Source: a virus
Strand: one strand, 5' to 3'
IMG/VR virus record: IMGVR_UViG_3300044445_000018
Span: 1 to 64,000 of that record
Length of the DNA: 64,000 bases
Shown here: positions 23,926 through 32,845 of the stretch, in pieces
Numbering within the stretch: the first letter of the stretch is position 1
Layout: the number at the start of each line of letters is the position of its first letter
The notes under the pieces: model-generated
Database searches by the model: none
What the model was told of the DNA's origin: nothing
What the model saw: only the letters and a program-made list of their open reading frames with translations
Made by a program: the position numbers and the translations under genes

Positions 23926-24264
23926 TCACCAGTGTCTGAGGTCATGTTGGGGGTCTCCTTGCAGGGGTCGAAAGATGATGAAGCGGAAGCACGCGCAGTC
24001 GGTCTGGCAGTCTTCCCGCCGGATGCGCTCCACATAGTGCTGTCGCACAGCCTCGTTGAGCACTTTGCGCAGCTTGTGGCTAGGCCAGAGACGGCCTGTG
24101 CGCTGTCGAACCCAGGTCGCCAACGTCGATTGCCCACACCCCTTGAGGAAGGCGTGGGTCTCGCGGTGATAGGTCAGACAGAGGTCGTACCACATGAGAT
24201 TGTCGGCAAGGTAGCCGTTCTCAGTGCGACAGCGGGAGGCGGAACGTTCCTGTCGGCGGCTCAT
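23926..24264 (-). CDS. hypothetical protein (112 aa)
   Basis: ATG 24264 abuts the palindrome. No SD seen. Confidence 0.4.
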   Translation of the reverse strand: MSRRQERSASRCRTENGYLADNLMWYDLCLTYHRETHAFLKGCGQSTLATWVRQRTGRLWPSHKLRKVLNEAVRQHYVERIRREDCQTDCACFRFIIFRPLQGDPQHDLRHW

Positions 24265-24521
24265 GTGCAATTAACTTCACTCGGGTCGAGAATGAAGACT
24301 TGCCCTTCTTGGCCGCCAAGCAGCCAGTCACCGCCTTCGTTTTGAATGGTCTCGCCGGGGTCGGGGCATGGGCCGTCTACTGTGTAACACCCGCTTGCAA
24401 CCCCGACAGGATCAGTTTTCTCGCGGTCTGCTATCCAGGCTTCAGCCTGCGTCAGGGTGGCTGTGTCGGCGACTTGCGTCAGCGTTGTGCCGCGCTCGTA
24501 CTTAATTCTGTAATGCGACAT
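24261..24521 (-). CDS. hypothetical protein (86 aa)
   Basis: ATG 24521. The C-terminal codons SEVNCT are encoded by the palindrome. Confidence 0.45.
   Translation of the reverse strand: MSHYRIKYERGTTLTQVADTATLTQAEAWIADREKTDPVGVASGCYTVDGPCPDPGETIQNEGGDWLLGGQEGQVFILDPSEVNCT
24265..24280. promoter_or_regulatory. junction palindrome GTGCAATTAACTTCAC
   Basis: Covers the last codons of 24261..24521 and is directly followed by ATG 24264. Confidence 0.85.
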
Positions 24522-24528
24522 CAAGCCC

Positions 24529-24813
24529 TCACTCGAACTCGGCGGATACGACAGAGACCTGAGTGATCTGTGCCCAAATCATGGAGCCTGCGAACACTTC
24601 GGGGTTCTCGATCAGCCCTTGCTCCAGGCAGCCTGCCATGGTCTGCGGAGAGACTTCGCTGAAGCCGCTGTCTTCGTGGTCGATGGGATCACTTCCGTGA
24701 GCCACAGCGGCGTCGGACATGGCCTTCAGTTCATCCTTGGTCTGCTGATCCATCTCCTTCTCTTCGATGTTGACCCGCAGCGTCACGAGAAGGGTCTTTC
24801 TGTCGAGCGTCAT
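24529..24813 (-). CDS. hypothetical protein (94 aa)
   Basis: ATG 24813 in ATGA overlap with the upstream stop. Confidence 0.45.
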   Translation of the reverse strand: MTLDRKTLLVTLRVNIEEKEMDQQTKDELKAMSDAAVAHGSDPIDHEDSGFSEVSPQTMAGCLEQGLIENPEVFAGSMIWAQITQVSVVSAEFE

Positions 24814-25085
24814 GATCTTTCCCATTCTGCACTTAGTTGCACGCCTTGTGTCTTCTTGAACCATCGGATCATGCGCTCCACGAATGAGCGATAGCGATCC
24901 CCACTCGCTATGTAGCTGCCAGATACGATGATCAGACTGGATGGCTCAGTAGCATTCTTTGCGTTCTCTTCTTCATCGGCGAGATAGCAAGGGCATCTCT
25001 TGCGCTCAACGACAGAAGCTTTGAACCGCATCATCTGGTGAGGCGTGACCCGAGGACATGCGTGTAGTTTGACAAGGTATCCCAT
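24810..25085 (-). CDS. hypothetical protein (91 aa), locally lower GC
   Basis: ATG 25085 is 5 nt after GGAG. Confidence 0.45.
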   Translation of the reverse strand: MGYLVKLHACPRVTPHQMMRFKASVVERKRCPCYLADEEENAKNATEPSSLIIVSGSYIASGDRYRSFVERMIRWFKKTQGVQLSAEWERS

Positions 25086-25105
25086 GACCACTCCGTGAGG
25101 TTAGT

Positions 25106-25121
25106 GTGCAATTAGCTTCAC
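25106..25121. promoter_or_regulatory. junction palindrome variant GTGCAATTAGCTTCAC
   Basis: Centre is TTAG. Contains the TGA stop of 25118..25420. 20 nt upstream of ATG 25085. Confidence 0.75.
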
Positions 25122-25420
25122 TCTTCGGGAACGATGCTTGTTGACCCGGAAGCGAACGCAGACAGTGCGTCGCGAACACGGGTCAGTGCTTGCTTGTCCG
25201 TCTCCCGCAGAGGCTCGTAAAGAAGGTCCGAGATGGCTTTGACAGCCAAGCGAGCGTCGCCTTGGCAAAGTGCGTGCTCTCTACTCTCATCGTAACTGGT
25301 GCTCACGGTTGTCTCCTGTTGTTCGAGGATGTGGTTCGCCGCCTTGTAGAGCGCCCGACCGCCTCGGCTGAGGATGCTGCTCTGCGGATCGATGTGAAGG
25401 GTGACGCCACGCTTGCTCAT
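25118..25420 (-). CDS. hypothetical protein (100 aa)
   Basis: ATG 25420 is 5 nt after GGAG. Confidence 0.45.
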   Translation of the reverse strand: MSKRGVTLHIDPQSSILSRGGRALYKAANHILEQQETTVSTSYDESREHALCQGDARLAVKAISDLLYEPLRETDKQALTRVRDALSAFASGSTSIVPEE

Positions 25421-25422
25421 GA

Positions 25423-25719
25423 TCACTCCGTCAGGTTGGTGTGGTTGGGCTTGCCGCCGCCGAAGAACTTGAGTTGGCCGCCAGCAATGTCGCCGGGCGT
25501 GATGAGCACGGGGCCTTGCTTGTGGAGTTGGCCGACAGGGAAGCTCTGAGCGTCAGGGTGGTGCGCGCCGACAGTCACACGACGATGGATGGGCGCGAGC
25601 ACGTTGGAGCACGGCGCGGTGCGCTGCTCGGTGGACAGGTCGGGCATGAAGTTGGGACGACGCTTGCCGTGCTTGGCACGAAGGGCGGCGATCTCTGCGG
25701 CACGCTTGGACCACTTCAT
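25423..25719 (-). CDS. hypothetical basic protein (98 aa)
   Basis: ATG 25719 after AAGGAGGGG. Has its own promoter and terminator upstream. Confidence 0.55.
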   Translation of the reverse strand: MKWSKRAAEIAALRAKHGKRRPNFMPDLSTEQRTAPCSNVLAPIHRRVTVGAHHPDAQSFPVGQLHKQGPVLITPGDIAGGQLKFFGGGKPNHTNLTE

Positions 25720-25755
25720 AATCCCCTCCTTGGGATGGAATGAAGGTGAGCCTGT

Positions 25756-25783
25756 AGAATAGAGGATGTGCCGGGGATGTAAA
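25756..25783 (-). promoter_or_regulatory. sigma70-like promoter TTTACA-16-TATTCT
   Basis: Immediately downstream of the terminator at 25787..25818. Confidence 0.6.
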
Positions 25784-25786
25784 GGT

Positions 25787-25818
25787 AAAAGCAAAGAACC
25801 CAGCCGGTGAGGGCTGGG
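25787..25818 (-). terminator. intrinsic terminator
   Basis: Minus strand CCCAGCC-loop-GGCTGGG followed by TTCTTTGCTTTT. Confidence 0.7.
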
Positions 25819-25839
25819 CTCCGAGGTCAGACTACTTGA

Positions 25840-26202
25840 TCAGCCGTCGTCATCGACAAGGCGGTACATGGCCGCCACGAACATGCTCTTGGCCACGTCG
25901 GGGTGGTCGGCCGGAACGAGTTCCCAGGTCCCCGGCGTCTCCCCGCGTTCCAGCCTGAACTTCTCCAAGATCGAGGTCGCGAACTTGACCCCTTCCTCGA
26001 ACGTGCCGGTGGCGACCCGTCCCTCGGTGATCTTGTCGATGTACAGTTGGTTCGAGAACGTGGGCCCCGCCACCGTCGCGAGTTCGTTGGTGGAGCACAT
26101 GTGTCCCCGCGTGACCGGTGCCTTGGTCCGCAGGATTTCGATGCAGCCGTCCACCCCCTTCGTGAACGCGCTGACCTTCGGGGCTACTCGGACTTTTCCC
26201 AT
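25840..26202 (-). CDS. hypothetical protein (120 aa)
   Basis: ATG after GGAGAG. Confidence 0.5.
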   Translation of the reverse strand: MGKVRVAPKVSAFTKGVDGCIEILRTKAPVTRGHMCSTNELATVAGPTFSNQLYIDKITEGRVATGTFEEGVKFATSILEKFRLERGETPGTWELVPADHPDVAKSMFVAAMYRLVDDDG

Positions 26203-26214
26203 GGTCGTCTCTCC

Positions 26215-27489
26215 TTACGCCGCCTTCTGGGGCGGGATCGTGGCGCGCTGCTCGGCAGTCATGTTGGACGTGAAGCCCGAACCCCAGATGGTCGTGACTT
26301 CGTCGTTCGTCAGGAGACGGCCGAGAATGAACTCGCAACACAGCCGCTGGAAATCGCGATAGTCCATCGAGAAGTTCAGCAGGCGGTTGTTGAACGGAGA
26401 CTGGTAGCTGCCCGCATCGAAGAACGCGGCGCTGCTGGCGCGGTAGTCGAGCACCTTGCCGACGATGTCGGACTTGCAGGTGGGTCCCCAGGCGTAGGCA
26501 TGGCAGGACTGGCCATGGTCGGCGCCGAAGTTGCCGTTCTCGCGCATCGTGCGGTGGAACTCGGTCATGGTGGTGAGCATCACGCGCTGGGAGTTGCCGC
26601 TCTGCTCCATGTCGTAGATGAAGGCTTCGATTGCGTCCGAGAACGTCGCCATCATCAGCGCATGACGGCGAGCGCCACGCGGGGTGTTGATCGAGCCACC
26701 GGCATCGGAGTGGTGATCCCAGCCGTCGTAGTCACAGCAGATGTACCGGGCCGGCACGCCTGCGATGATCATCCGCGCCGCGTCCCGCAGCTTCTGCGAC
26801 CAGCTATCCGAAGGATACTTGGGCGCATTGGCGTTGAGGTCCGAGGGCGTCTGAGCGGGGACCGGAAGCGAGCCGAGACCTTCGTTGGTGTCGAGCATCG
26901 CCATTGCCGTGGCGCGACCGGTGACGGCCTCCACGTTGGTCGCCGAGGGAGCGGCCTTCATGAACTTCTTGGCCAGGGCCACCGGCTCGGGCAGCAGAAG
27001 CGGGACGACGCTCTTGGTGGACGCGTACGTCGAGACAAGACCGATGACAGACCGGGTCGGCGCGTTGCCGAGCGAGATCAGATCGAGAGGCGTCGCGACC
27101 GGCGGCTTGAAGAGGCCGGCGAACCGGTTCATGTAGCCCGAGTTCAGGAAGTTGTAGTTGACGCCGCCGCAGTCGATGCGGCCCTGCTCGTAGAAGTGCG
27201 AGCGGGTGGCGGCCGGCGTGCCGAGGGTGAAGAACGCCGTCATCGCGTAGGACGGGTGGTTCCACCGATTGGTCATGGCCTTGAAGCGGGTGTTGAGCCC
27301 GTAGCCCTTCTGGCCTTCCAGTTCGATGGTGTCCGCAATCGCTGCGTGCGAGTTGGGGAAGCGGTTGGCCGAACGGTAGTCGTCCAGCCAGGAGACGCCG
27401 GGGATCGACTTGTGGGCGACGATCTCGTTCGTGCCCATGGCTGCACCACGGCGGAAGATGCAGACTACGATACGCTGGTCGTTTGCCAT
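26215..27489 (-). CDS. DUF1501 (sulfatase/alkaline-phosphatase-like) family protein without Tat signal
   Basis: VVCIFRRGAAMGTNEIV, TRSHFYEQ, GWDHHSD and TEFHRTMRENGNFGADHG match DUF1501 landmarks. The protein starts directly at the mature domain. Confidence 0.75.
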   Translation of the reverse strand: MANDQRIVVCIFRRGAAMGTNEIVAHKSIPGVSWLDDYRSANRFPNSHAAIADTIELEGQKGYGLNTRFKAMTNRWNHPSYAMTAFFTLGTPAATRSHFYEQGRIDCGGVNYNFLNSGYMNRFAGLFKPPVATPLDLISLGNAPTRSVIGLVSTYASTKSVVPLLLPEPVALAKKFMKAAPSATNVEAVTGRATAMAMLDTNEGLGSLPVPAQTPSDLNANAPKYPSDSWSQKLRDAARMIIAGVPARYICCDYDGWDHHSDAGGSINTPRGARRHALMMATFSDAIEAFIYDMEQSGNSQRVMLTTMTEFHRTMRENGNFGADHGQSCHAYAWGPTCKSDIVGKVLDYRASSAAFFDAGSYQSPFNNRLLNFSMDYRDFQRLCCEFILGRLLTNDEVTTIWGSGFTSNMTAEQRATIPPQKAA

Positions 27490-27501
27490 AGATCAGGGTC
27501 C

Positions 27502-29298
27502 TTAGGCTGCGTAGAAGGAGAGGTCGATGCTGGTCACAGCGCGGAACAGTTGCTGGAGCTTCTTGCGAAGCGCCTCGCTGTTCCAGTCGGTCACAGTATC
27601 GAGCGGCATGGCCAGATGGTCGTACAGCGTCTGCAACTGGGCCGCAGTGCCACGATCTCCGAACCAGTAGTGGTTGATGTCCTCGATCAGCTTGCGAGGC
27701 GTGTTGAGCCCTCGACCCTGTAGGTAGCCGGTGTAGTTCACACAGAACGACGCTTGGTTGTTCTGGTTGTTCGGCAGAGAGAAGCCGGTGCGGTAAGCAC
27801 GTTCCGCAAGGTGTCCCGGTGCGAGCCAGTAATCCGGCACGTCGGGGAAGCCTGCGGGCGTCTGGTACGTCAGCGTGTTGTACTCTTCCTTCTCGCAGTA
27901 GCCCTTGATGATGGCCACGTCGCGCTCGGAGAAGAAGCCTTCGCCGAAGTAGTTCAGGAACTTCGCCCAATACTGGATCGGGGTCGAAGTCCGCTTCGCG
28001 GTCGAGTAAGAGCCGCAGAAGTCCTCCGAGAAGAACAGGACGCGGAGCACCTGGGCGATCTGGTCGGGGGCCTTGGCGGTCTCCACCCACTTGTCGATCA
28101 TCTTCTCGCGGAGAGCCGGGCTCGGCTTCACGCCCATGAACCAGATCGCGATCTTGGTACACATGAAGCGGGCGGCGGGCCGATGCGTGGCGAGCATGTC
28201 GATGAACAGGCTGGCCTCGGGGCAGAGGTAGTAGCCTTCGACACCGCGACCCTGCTTCGCAGAACTGAACTCGAAGCCGGGGAAGAAGGTGAAGAACTTC
28301 GGGTCGTGGTCGTGTAGCTTCGGCCAGTGCCAGCCAGTCTGCTGGTGCGAGTTGTACTGGTGGACGCCGGTCGCGTTGTTCCAGTAGATCGCAGGCTCGT
28401 CTTCGCCGAACTGCTTGTCACCCCGCGTGTACGGCCCACGGATGTGCAGCGGGTCGTCATCGATCTTGAAGCCGGCCTCGTCCTTCTTGATTGTCCGCGT
28501 GCCCTGTCCCGAGAAGAGGCGGGTACATTCGATGACGTCCACCACCTGATCGTAGTGCGGAGGCTCGTCTTCGTCGCCGATGCCGAGGAAGAACAGTTCG
28601 AGCACTTCGCGGCCCAAGTTCTCGTTCGGGGCACCTGCGATGTTCAGGTAGTTGTCCATGAAATACTGGAGAACGGCGGTGCGGAGGAAGTGCTTGCCGA
28701 GTTCCGCCGCGTTGCCGAGGCCCTTCTTGAAGCAGGCGTCATCGAACGCCGTCAGACCCGCGAACCGCGTGTTGGCGCGGATTTGGTAGCCGGTCACGAA
28801 GTGGTTCACCCAGAACTCGTGCATCATGGACTGCACGTTCTGACGGCTACCCGCGAGACGGGCGACGTGAAGGGCCTGCGGTCCCAGGTCGTCCGAGAAG
28901 TGGTAGTCCACCATCTCGAAGCCGAGAGGCCACGTCTGGTACTTCCGCTTGGTGTTGACGTCGTGGAACGCCGGGTTCAACTGCCGGTCGATGTACTGCT
29001 CGACGCCGAGAGCGATGATCTCAGCTTCGTCCTGCGGGCCGCCGAACGCGATCCGATCACGGGTCCGCGCAACACTGGGAACGAAGGCCGGACGAACGCT
29101 GGCCGACTGCACGATATCGGTCACATTGGTGATCTTGGGCGACGAGCCTGTGACGTTGGTAGCTGTCTCGATGCAGCGAAGACGACAACCGACGTCGTCG
29201 CCCACGGGGATGTAGGTCAGGTTGGTGGCGCCTGGAATGGCGGTCCAGGGCTCACCAGACCCGAAGTTGTCTCGCTGCCACTGACGGGTGATCTGCAT
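27502..29298 (-). CDS. DUF1800 family protein with an N-terminal Ig-like half-repeat shared with the fibre protein
   Basis: MHEFWVNHF and NENLGREVLELFFLGIGD...YDQVVDVIECTRLFSG match DUF1800. The N-terminal RQWQR..IPGATNLTY..DVGCRLRCIETATNVTGS matches repeats in 29373..31739. Confidence 0.7.
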   Translation of the reverse strand: MQITRQWQRDNFGSGEPWTAIPGATNLTYIPVGDDVGCRLRCIETATNVTGSSPKITNVTDIVQSASVRPAFVPSVARTRDRIAFGGPQDEAEIIALGVEQYIDRQLNPAFHDVNTKRKYQTWPLGFEMVDYHFSDDLGPQALHVARLAGSRQNVQSMMHEFWVNHFVTGYQIRANTRFAGLTAFDDACFKKGLGNAAELGKHFLRTAVLQYFMDNYLNIAGAPNENLGREVLELFFLGIGDEDEPPHYDQVVDVIECTRLFSGQGTRTIKKDEAGFKIDDDPLHIRGPYTRGDKQFGEDEPAIYWNNATGVHQYNSHQQTGWHWPKLHDHDPKFFTFFPGFEFSSAKQGRGVEGYYLCPEASLFIDMLATHRPAARFMCTKIAIWFMGVKPSPALREKMIDKWVETAKAPDQIAQVLRVLFFSEDFCGSYSTAKRTSTPIQYWAKFLNYFGEGFFSERDVAIIKGYCEKEEYNTLTYQTPAGFPDVPDYWLAPGHLAERAYRTGFSLPNNQNNQASFCVNYTGYLQGRGLNTPRKLIEDINHYWFGDRGTAAQLQTLYDHLAMPLDTVTDWNSEALRKKLQQLFRAVTSIDLSFYAA

Positions 29299-29325
29299 AG
29301 TCTGCGCCTCGCGCTAGGGTGCTTC

Positions 29326-29357
29326 AGACGAAGAAACCCCCCGCCGTGAGGCGGGAG
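29326..29357 (-). terminator. intrinsic terminator after the fibre/adhesin gene
   Basis: Minus strand CTCCCGCC-TCAC-GGCGGGGG followed by TTTCTTCGTCT. Confidence 0.6.
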
Positions 29358-29372
29358 GCTCCTGGGGTTGGC

Positions 29373-31739
29373 TTAGGCGCCAGCGGTGCCGTAGTACGAG
29401 CGGGTCGAGGCCAGCATCTTGGCATCGTCCGAGGCCGAAGGCTTGGTGGCGAAGCGGCCGATAGCGGCGATGCCGTTGACCGACGTAGTGGACCCGCCGA
29501 TCTGGAGCTTGCCGCCCTGCACCAGAGCCGGAGCCGTGGTGCTGGTCGCCGGAGCGCCGCCGTCTACGACGATGGTCGTTCCAGCAGCGTCGAAGTCCAC
29601 GGCGATATAGCCGAGGGTTCCTGCCGCCAGCGCCGCCGCTGCCGTGTTAAGGACCGAGCCGCCTTGCTTCAGGGTCTGCACGAAGTGCGTTCCGTTGAAG
29701 CGGACGTGACCCGCGCCTGCCACGGTGCCGCGCACGAGATCGCCGTTACCCGACGAGCGGTGATCGGCCACAATGCGGTAGGACATGGTGGTGTTGCCGG
29801 GGTCGATGTCGATGCTCGGGCTGGAGTGCGCTACGCCGGGGATCGGCATGATCGCCCGGTTGTTCTTGAGCACGATGGCACCGGCCGACACGATCTTGGG
29901 CTGTGCGCCGGACGGGAAGGTCAAGTCCTTGCCGTTGCCTGACTGATCCTTGACCGAGACGATGTACCCCTCACTGGCCGTCACGCGACCCGTGAAGTTC
30001 AGCACAGCGTCGAAGTCGAGGATGTTGGCCGCATCCCACCCGAACTCAGCTTCCAGGCCATCGGCACGACGGATGCGGACGTAGTTGCCCGAACCCATGT
30101 TGGCTGCCGAACGCCGCAAGCTGATCCAGAACTCGGGCTTCTGATCGAGGGTGTCGAGCAGGAAGGCGGCGCTGGAGGCCACGGGGATCGTGATCGGACC
30201 GAGAATGGCCGAACCCGACGTGTCGGTGACGGTGATCTTCACGGTGTCGTAGGTGCCCGCCGTGGTCGGTGTGCCGGTGATGGCGCCGGTCGTGGACGAG
30301 AAGTTCATGCCCGGAGGCAGGGTGCCCTCGAACGTAAAGCCCTTGGTCGAACCATTGCCGCCCGTGACCGCCGGGGTGAAGGTGTAGGCGGACCCGACAG
30401 TGGCGTTGCCAGGGGTGCCACTGATTGCCAGCGGAACGACGGCTGCGGCCACGTTGATGCTGAACGCCGGAAGATCGGCAGTGGCGCCGGCCGCGTCAGT
30501 CGCACGGATGATGATGTTCGCGTAGTTCTGCGCCGAACCCGTAGCCGAACCGCTGACAGCACCCGTATCTACGTTCAGGCTGATGCCCGGCGGGAGAGGG
30601 TTGCTGACGACGCTGTACTTGTAGGGGCCTTGGCCGCCCGCCGCAGCCACCGAGAAGCCACCGTAGGCCGAACCGATGGTCGCCGAGGTCACGGGCGAGC
30701 CCGAGATCGACAGCGCAGAACCCGCCGCGAGGACGGGAGCCGTGGGATCGGAGGTCCGGCTGGTCGAGCCGCCCGCGTTGGTCGCCGTGACGGTACAGGT
30801 GATGGCCGCGTTGAGATCGGCGGCCACCAGCGTGTAGGTGGTCCCGGTGGCGTCGGCGATGTTCGTGCCGTTCCTCTTCCACTGACGGGCGAAGCTCGTC
30901 GGGTTGTTGTCCCAGGTGCCGTTGGAGGCGGTCAGCACCTTGCCGACCTGAACGGTGCCGGTGATGATCGGACGCGACGTGAACACCGGAGCCGCCGGGC
31001 TGACGGTGCCGGTTTCGCCGGAACTCTCCGAACCGGTGCCTGCCGCGTTCTGGGCCGTGACGATGACGGTCAGCACGGCGCCGACGTCTTCCGGGGTGAG
31101 GGCGTAGGTCGGCTGGACAGCACCGGCAATCGGGATGCCGTTGCGGCGCCACTGGTAGCCGTAGGCGCTGGGGGTATCCGACCACGTTCCCGACGTGACG
31201 ACCAGGGTCTGGCCCTGCTGCGGGGTGCCGGTGATGACGGGCGGGGCGATGTTGGTGGGGGCGAACAGTTCCTGCGCGTCGAGCACAGTCACCGTCACCT
31301 GCTTGGTCACGAACTGCGAGAGGTTGCCGGCCGTCGCGCACTTCACGGTGCAGATGTACGAGTTGTTCATGTCCCGGTCGGCCGGGTTCTCGAAGTCCAC
31401 GTTCAGCGCGGGAATGAACTGGAGGATGTCGCCGTCGATCAGGAACGCCGCGTAGTCATCGTTGAGGCCGGGGACAAGAGACCACACCACGTTCGGCTTG
31501 TTGGCGACAAGCTGGGTACGGAACAGCGAGTTCTCGGGGACTGCGAAGGCGCTGCCGATGGCGATGACGGGCGCGGTGTTGTCGGACGGATTGATGCCGA
31601 TGGCCAGGGCGAGGTCGTTCAGACTGCACTCGCCGTAGTTGCCATCGTCGGTGGCAGACGACTTGCTCGGGTCACGGAGCACGAACCGGTGGTTGAGGCC
31701 GGGAGTGATCGGGTTCTGGAAGGGTTGCTTCTGGGCCAT
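29373..31739 (-). CDS. multidomain adhesin / tail-fibre-like protein (788 aa)
   Basis: Cadherin-like N-domain, two Y-QW-R-NG..I-GAT..TY Ig-like repeats, LPPG(I/M)..TGA(V/I)(S/T)G Ig repeats, and a C-terminal lectin/LamG-like region. Confidence 0.6.
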   Translation of the reverse strand: MAQKQPFQNPITPGLNHRFVLRDPSKSSATDDGNYGECSLNDLALAIGINPSDNTAPVIAIGSAFAVPENSLFRTQLVANKPNVVWSLVPGLNDDYAAFLIDGDILQFIPALNVDFENPADRDMNNSYICTVKCATAGNLSQFVTKQVTVTVLDAQELFAPTNIAPPVITGTPQQGQTLVVTSGTWSDTPSAYGYQWRRNGIPIAGAVQPTYALTPEDVGAVLTVIVTAQNAAGTGSESSGETGTVSPAAPVFTSRPIITGTVQVGKVLTASNGTWDNNPTSFARQWKRNGTNIADATGTTYTLVAADLNAAITCTVTATNAGGSTSRTSDPTAPVLAAGSALSISGSPVTSATIGSAYGGFSVAAAGGQGPYKYSVVSNPLPPGISLNVDTGAVSGSATGSAQNYANIIIRATDAAGATADLPAFSINVAAAVVPLAISGTPGNATVGSAYTFTPAVTGGNGSTKGFTFEGTLPPGMNFSSTTGAITGTPTTAGTYDTVKITVTDTSGSAILGPITIPVASSAAFLLDTLDQKPEFWISLRRSAANMGSGNYVRIRRADGLEAEFGWDAANILDFDAVLNFTGRVTASEGYIVSVKDQSGNGKDLTFPSGAQPKIVSAGAIVLKNNRAIMPIPGVAHSSPSIDIDPGNTTMSYRIVADHRSSGNGDLVRGTVAGAGHVRFNGTHFVQTLKQGGSVLNTAAAALAAGTLGYIAVDFDAAGTTIVVDGGAPATSTTAPALVQGGKLQIGGSTTSVNGIAAIGRFATKPSASDDAKMLASTRSYYGTAGA

Positions 31740-31752
31740 TAAGGTCGGTTCC

Positions 31753-32406
31753 TTATGCGACTTTGAGGAGGGGAGTGCCGTCCACGTTCAGCAAGACCGT
31801 CCCATCGACGTTCTTGAGGACGTTGTCGTTGACCGGCTGCTCGATGGGGGTGTTGGCGGTCTGCATGTAGACCGTCTGGGAGATGGGTCCTTTCCCGCTG
31901 GTGTTGAGCGCCGTCACCCGGAAGCGGTAGGTCGTGCCTTCCGCGAGCCCGGTCACAGTGCAATTAACGTCACTCGTGCTGGCGACGAAGGTCGTCCAGG
32001 GGGACGAGCCGCTGCTGCGCCGGTACTCGACCTTGTATCCGGCCGGGGTGCCGCCGCGCTTCGGGGGCTTCCACGCCAGCGCCACGGACTTCGTGGTGAT
32101 GCTGACGGCACGAAACTCATCGACCGGGCCCGGCATGGGCACGTCGGACGCCACGGTGTCCGTGGTGAAAGCGATGATGGTGGTGGGGGCGAACTTCGCC
32201 TTGGCGAAGACCTTCTGACCGGGGAAGTTCACGGGCAGGTTGGGGAGACGATTGTCGAGGGTGAGCCCGTCTCGCGACGTGGCATCCGGCATCGTCTGGC
32301 CGATGTAGACAAGGACGGGGTTAGCGTCTGTCAGGGTGAGCGTCACGGGAGAAGTCCCGAGATCGACCCACGCACCTGGGATCAGGTTCTTTTTCGCGGT
32401 TGACAT
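31753..32406 (-). CDS. fibronectin type III domain structural protein
   Basis: VSITTKSVALAWKPP...YKVEYRR...TVTGLAEGTTYRFRVTALN. ATG 32406. Confidence 0.6.
   Translation of the reverse strand: MSTAKKNLIPGAWVDLGTSPVTLTLTDANPVLVYIGQTMPDATSRDGLTLDNRLPNLPVNFPGQKVFAKAKFAPTTIIAFTTDTVASDVPMPGPVDEFRAVSITTKSVALAWKPPKRGGTPAGYKVEYRRSSGSSPWTTFVASTSDVNCTVTGLAEGTTYRFRVTALNTSGKGPISQTVYMQTANTPIEQPVNDNVLKNVDGTVLLNVDGTPLLKVA
31958..31973. promoter_or_regulatory. palindrome GTGCAATTAACGTCAC (intragenic)
   Basis: Inside the FN3 CDS (codes SDVNCT), about 220 nt upstream of the fibre gene start. Confidence 0.8.
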
Positions 32407-32435
32407 ACAGGGGGACCTCGTCTTGGGACAGTGCG

Positions 32436-32464
32436 TCCGTACGAAGCCCCCCATTTTTTGTCAA
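32436..32464 (-). promoter_or_regulatory. possible promoter TTGACA-17-TACGGA
   Basis: Intergenic, upstream of the FN3 gene. Confidence 0.35.
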
Positions 32465-32494
32465 TTTGCGGTCGCCCATTTGGCCCGGCTTTGA

Positions 32495-32845
32495 TCAGGT
32501 AGCCGCCTGTGCGAACACTTGTATTTTGGTCCCAGGGGACAATGGATCAGGCTCGTACCCTGCAAGATCAAGTAGACTAACAACGGTGGCCATCTTGGCC
32601 CGCGACTTCCTGACGATGAACTGGCAGCCGTTTTTGGTCAGCGATCCGTTGACGATGGTGACGTTGATCGTGCGGTTGTCCGCGTCAGCGATGCCTTGGG
32701 CCCACACGCGCGGAGGGGCGGTGAACAGTCCATCAGGAAAAGTCACCGTCACCAGAGCCGTCGTTGCGACAGCGATGCCTTCGCCGGTCCAGAGCGCGGG
32801 CGCTGGACCTTTCAGGTTGGAGACCTTCTTGATGGTCAGAGGCAT
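32495..32845 (-). CDS. tail-fibre-like protein sharing its N-terminal anchor with 32845..33117
   Basis: MPLTIKKVSNLKGP N-terminus. TAATG overlap with the upstream stop. Confidence 0.5.
   Translation of the reverse strand: MPLTIKKVSNLKGPAPALWTGEGIAVATTALVTVTFPDGLFTAPPRVWAQGIADADNRTINVTIVNGSLTKNGCQFIVRKSRAKMATVVSLLDLAGYEPDPLSPGTKIQVFAQAAT

Noticed and set aside
25903-27723. 606-aa plus-strand ORF, with similar long plus-strand ORFs at 17509..19284, 54275..55741, 13340..14359, 61056..62195, 7600..8862 and 58951..59991.
   Set aside because: Each lies antisense to a minus-strand gene with clear family motifs (DUF1501, DegT, RecA, helicase and others). The translations are Arg/Gly/Val/Asp-rich and low in complexity, as expected for shadow ORFs in GC-rich DNA. 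No SD or start context supports them.
26804-28162. Alternate-frame minus-strand ORFs: 26804..28162 (452 aa), 44298..45173 (291 aa), 30496..31341, 39044..39619, 22413..23354 upstream part, and 5035..6285 upstream part.
   Set aside because: They overlap better-supported frames. The sequences are Arg/Pro-rich with low GC3. In the last two cases only the downstream portion, after a good SD and start, carries family motifs.
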